From a virus (lineage: Duplodnaviria > Caudoviricetes), in the IMG/VR virus record IMGVR_UViG_3300021124_000019, positions 1-34,533 of that record: a stretch of DNA of 34,533 nucleotides; one strand, 5' to 3'. The notes under the pieces were generated by a model, which worked only from the letters and a program-made list of their open reading frames with translations, searched no databases and had not been told where the DNA came from. A program made the position numbers and the translations under genes. Positions within the stretch are counted from its first letter, which is position 1. Every line of letters starts with the position of its first letter. This document shows positions 33,363 through 34,533 of the stretch, in pieces.

Positions 33363-33414
33363 AAAAAGCCCCTCAAAGAAGGGCTCCTAGGTTTTGCCTG
33401 CCTAAATTATATCA
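33363..33414 (-). promoter_or_regulatory. Late leader motif copy 5 (upstream of tail operon)
   Basis: TGaTATAAT-ttaggc-AGGCAAA-acctagg-AGCCCTT-ctttg-AGGGGCT-TTTT. Confidence 0.8.
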
Positions 33415-33642
33415 TTACTGATTTGCATTAACAATTGCTTGTTTTAGATAATCCGTAGGGTCTTCCATACCCTCTATTTCGCTAGCAGGTAAGCTCCAGC
33501 TAAATGGTTGTAAATCTAATACAGGTTCATCAGTGTTATTAGGAATATAGGTTTGTCCGTAGACACCATTAATTGAATAGATAATGTGAACTTCATCACC
33601 ATCAATCTGGTAAGCAAAGTTTGCTATATCATTTATTGTCAT
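33415..33642 (-). CDS. Acidic hypothetical protein
   Basis: 75 aa; TAATG coupling to upstream gene. Confidence 0.6.
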   Translation of the reverse strand: MTINDIANFAYQIDGDEVHIIYSINGVYGQTYIPNNTDEPVLDLQPFSWSLPASEIEGMEDPTDYLKQAIVNANQ

Positions 33643-34533
33643 TATGCCAGTGTCCTGACTATTACTTTTAGAAATACAATCGGGTTAGCTATTACTGATT
33701 CACTTAAAGTACCCACTGTCGCGGCAAATGCTCCTGTTACTGATGCTTGTGTAAATCCGTTAGTAGGAATCCATGTAGTACCTGTTGGAGTAGTTGTTGT
33801 AGCTATTGGAGGTCCAGCATATCCAGATATACCAGCAGCAGCAGATGTAGCTGTCATACATCTTTTAGTTGACGCTGTACCAGAACCTTGTTCGCACGAT
33901 GAAATGTAATACCAACCTGGTTTAACCATTTTATAAGTAGTAACTCCTAAGAATCCCGTTCCAACTGTTGAAACTGTACCAAAGTCATGAATTAAAGTGT
34001 TTGGTCCACGCCTACCACTATCTAAATCATATAACCCAAATCTACAAGTTGAAGCCGTAACACCTGTAGCAGTTACAATACAACCTACCTGTGTAATGAT
34101 ACATGTAGAAGGTATGTAAATAGGTGTGAAGAATTGTGTGTTAAAAGCACCAATAGCGTTGGCTAAGTTAGTAACCGCAGGAGCAAGAAATGAATTTTGA
34201 GAAAGACCTAACATTGGTCGTTGTCTATCATCACTGTAGTTTCCGTTACCCGTTGAAAGTGAATAGTTAGTTTGTGCTTGATATGCTTGAAAGCCTTGCC
34301 ATAACAGTTTGGCTGCAACATTCATTCCGTAAGCGTTCAAGTGCAAACAGTCACTGTTAAAAAATGAGCCATCAGATACCATTTTGCCTGATGCGTGAGT
34401 ACCAGCTGTAGTACCATCAGCACCTCTTGTGACGTTGGAAAAAGTAAATGTACCATCTCCATTGTTGACTACTGTTTTAGCAACTATACGCTCTCCTTCA
34501 ATAGAAAATGTAGAGTTTTGTGGAAGCGTAGCG
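33642..34533 (-). CDS. Partial virion protein with SGNH/GDSL-like esterase motif (5' end beyond window)
   Basis: Frame stays open from 34382 to window edge (...TRGADGTTAGTHASGKMV...); DCLHLNAYG matches the SGNH DxxH block. Confidence 0.6.
   Translation of the reverse strand, partial: ATLPQNSTFSIEGERIVAKTVVNNGDGTFTFSNVTRGADGTTAGTHASGKMVSDGSFFNSDCLHLNAYGMNVAAKLLWQGFQAYQAQTNYSLSTGNGNYSDDRQRPMLGLSQNSFLAPAVTNLANAIGAFNTQFFTPIYIPSTCIITQVGCIVTATGVTASTCRFGLYDLDSGRRGPNTLIHDFGTVSTVGTGFLGVTTYKMVKPGWYYISSCEQGSGTASTKRCMTATSAAAGISGYAGPPIATTTTPTGTTWIPTNGFTQASVTGAFAATVGTLSESVIANPIVFLKVIVRTLA

Noticed and set aside
2507-33414. Leader copies as CRISPR repeats, REP elements or MITE ends
   Set aside because: Dispersed singly, same strand, tied to -10 boxes and gene starts; no spacer array, transposase or cas gene.
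1-34533. Alternative genetic code (TGA or TAG recoding)
   Set aside because: Long genes are intact in code 11 and all three stops are used at sensible gene ends.

Overview
The window is most of an AT-rich, standard-code (code 11) tailed phage genome, probably a P22-like short-tailed virus, and looks circularly permuted. Minus strand, left: small and large terminase, a Com-like zinc-ribbon protein, portal, scaffold, major capsid and two probable capsid accessory proteins. Plus strand, 8.5-15.4 kb: many small early/middle genes (RHH protein, KGG-repeat protein, SSB-like protein, DUF6948-like protein, NinG) around a promoter/terminator-dense non-coding block at about 10.1-10.9 kb. Minus strand, 15.4-20.2 kb: small basic proteins, a lysis cassette (CHAP endolysin, holin candidates, PLD-family protein) and a metallophosphoesterase. 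A plus-strand groES-groEL operon follows, then minus-strand ejection, nozzle, adaptor and tail-fibre genes, ending inside an SGNH-like gene. No integrase, DNA polymerase, helicase, tRNA, rRNA or CRISPR array was recognised. The host may be Saccharibacteria/CPR (inference). Main candidate system: five copies of a late leader (-10 box, usually 6 nt, AGGCAAA, AGCCC hairpin, U-tract) upstream of virion/lysis operons, with a Mu Com-like gene directly upstream of one copy, suggesting protein-dependent antitermination or translational activation. Other leads: five small basic proteins sharing an N-terminal VKDL(M/L)K-like tag, a metallothionein-like peptide, tandem candidate sRNAs with anti-RBS seeds, an SSB-tail mimic peptide, and paralogous tail fibres with identical peptide blocks but mostly different codons. 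All family assignments are from motif recognition, not database searches.
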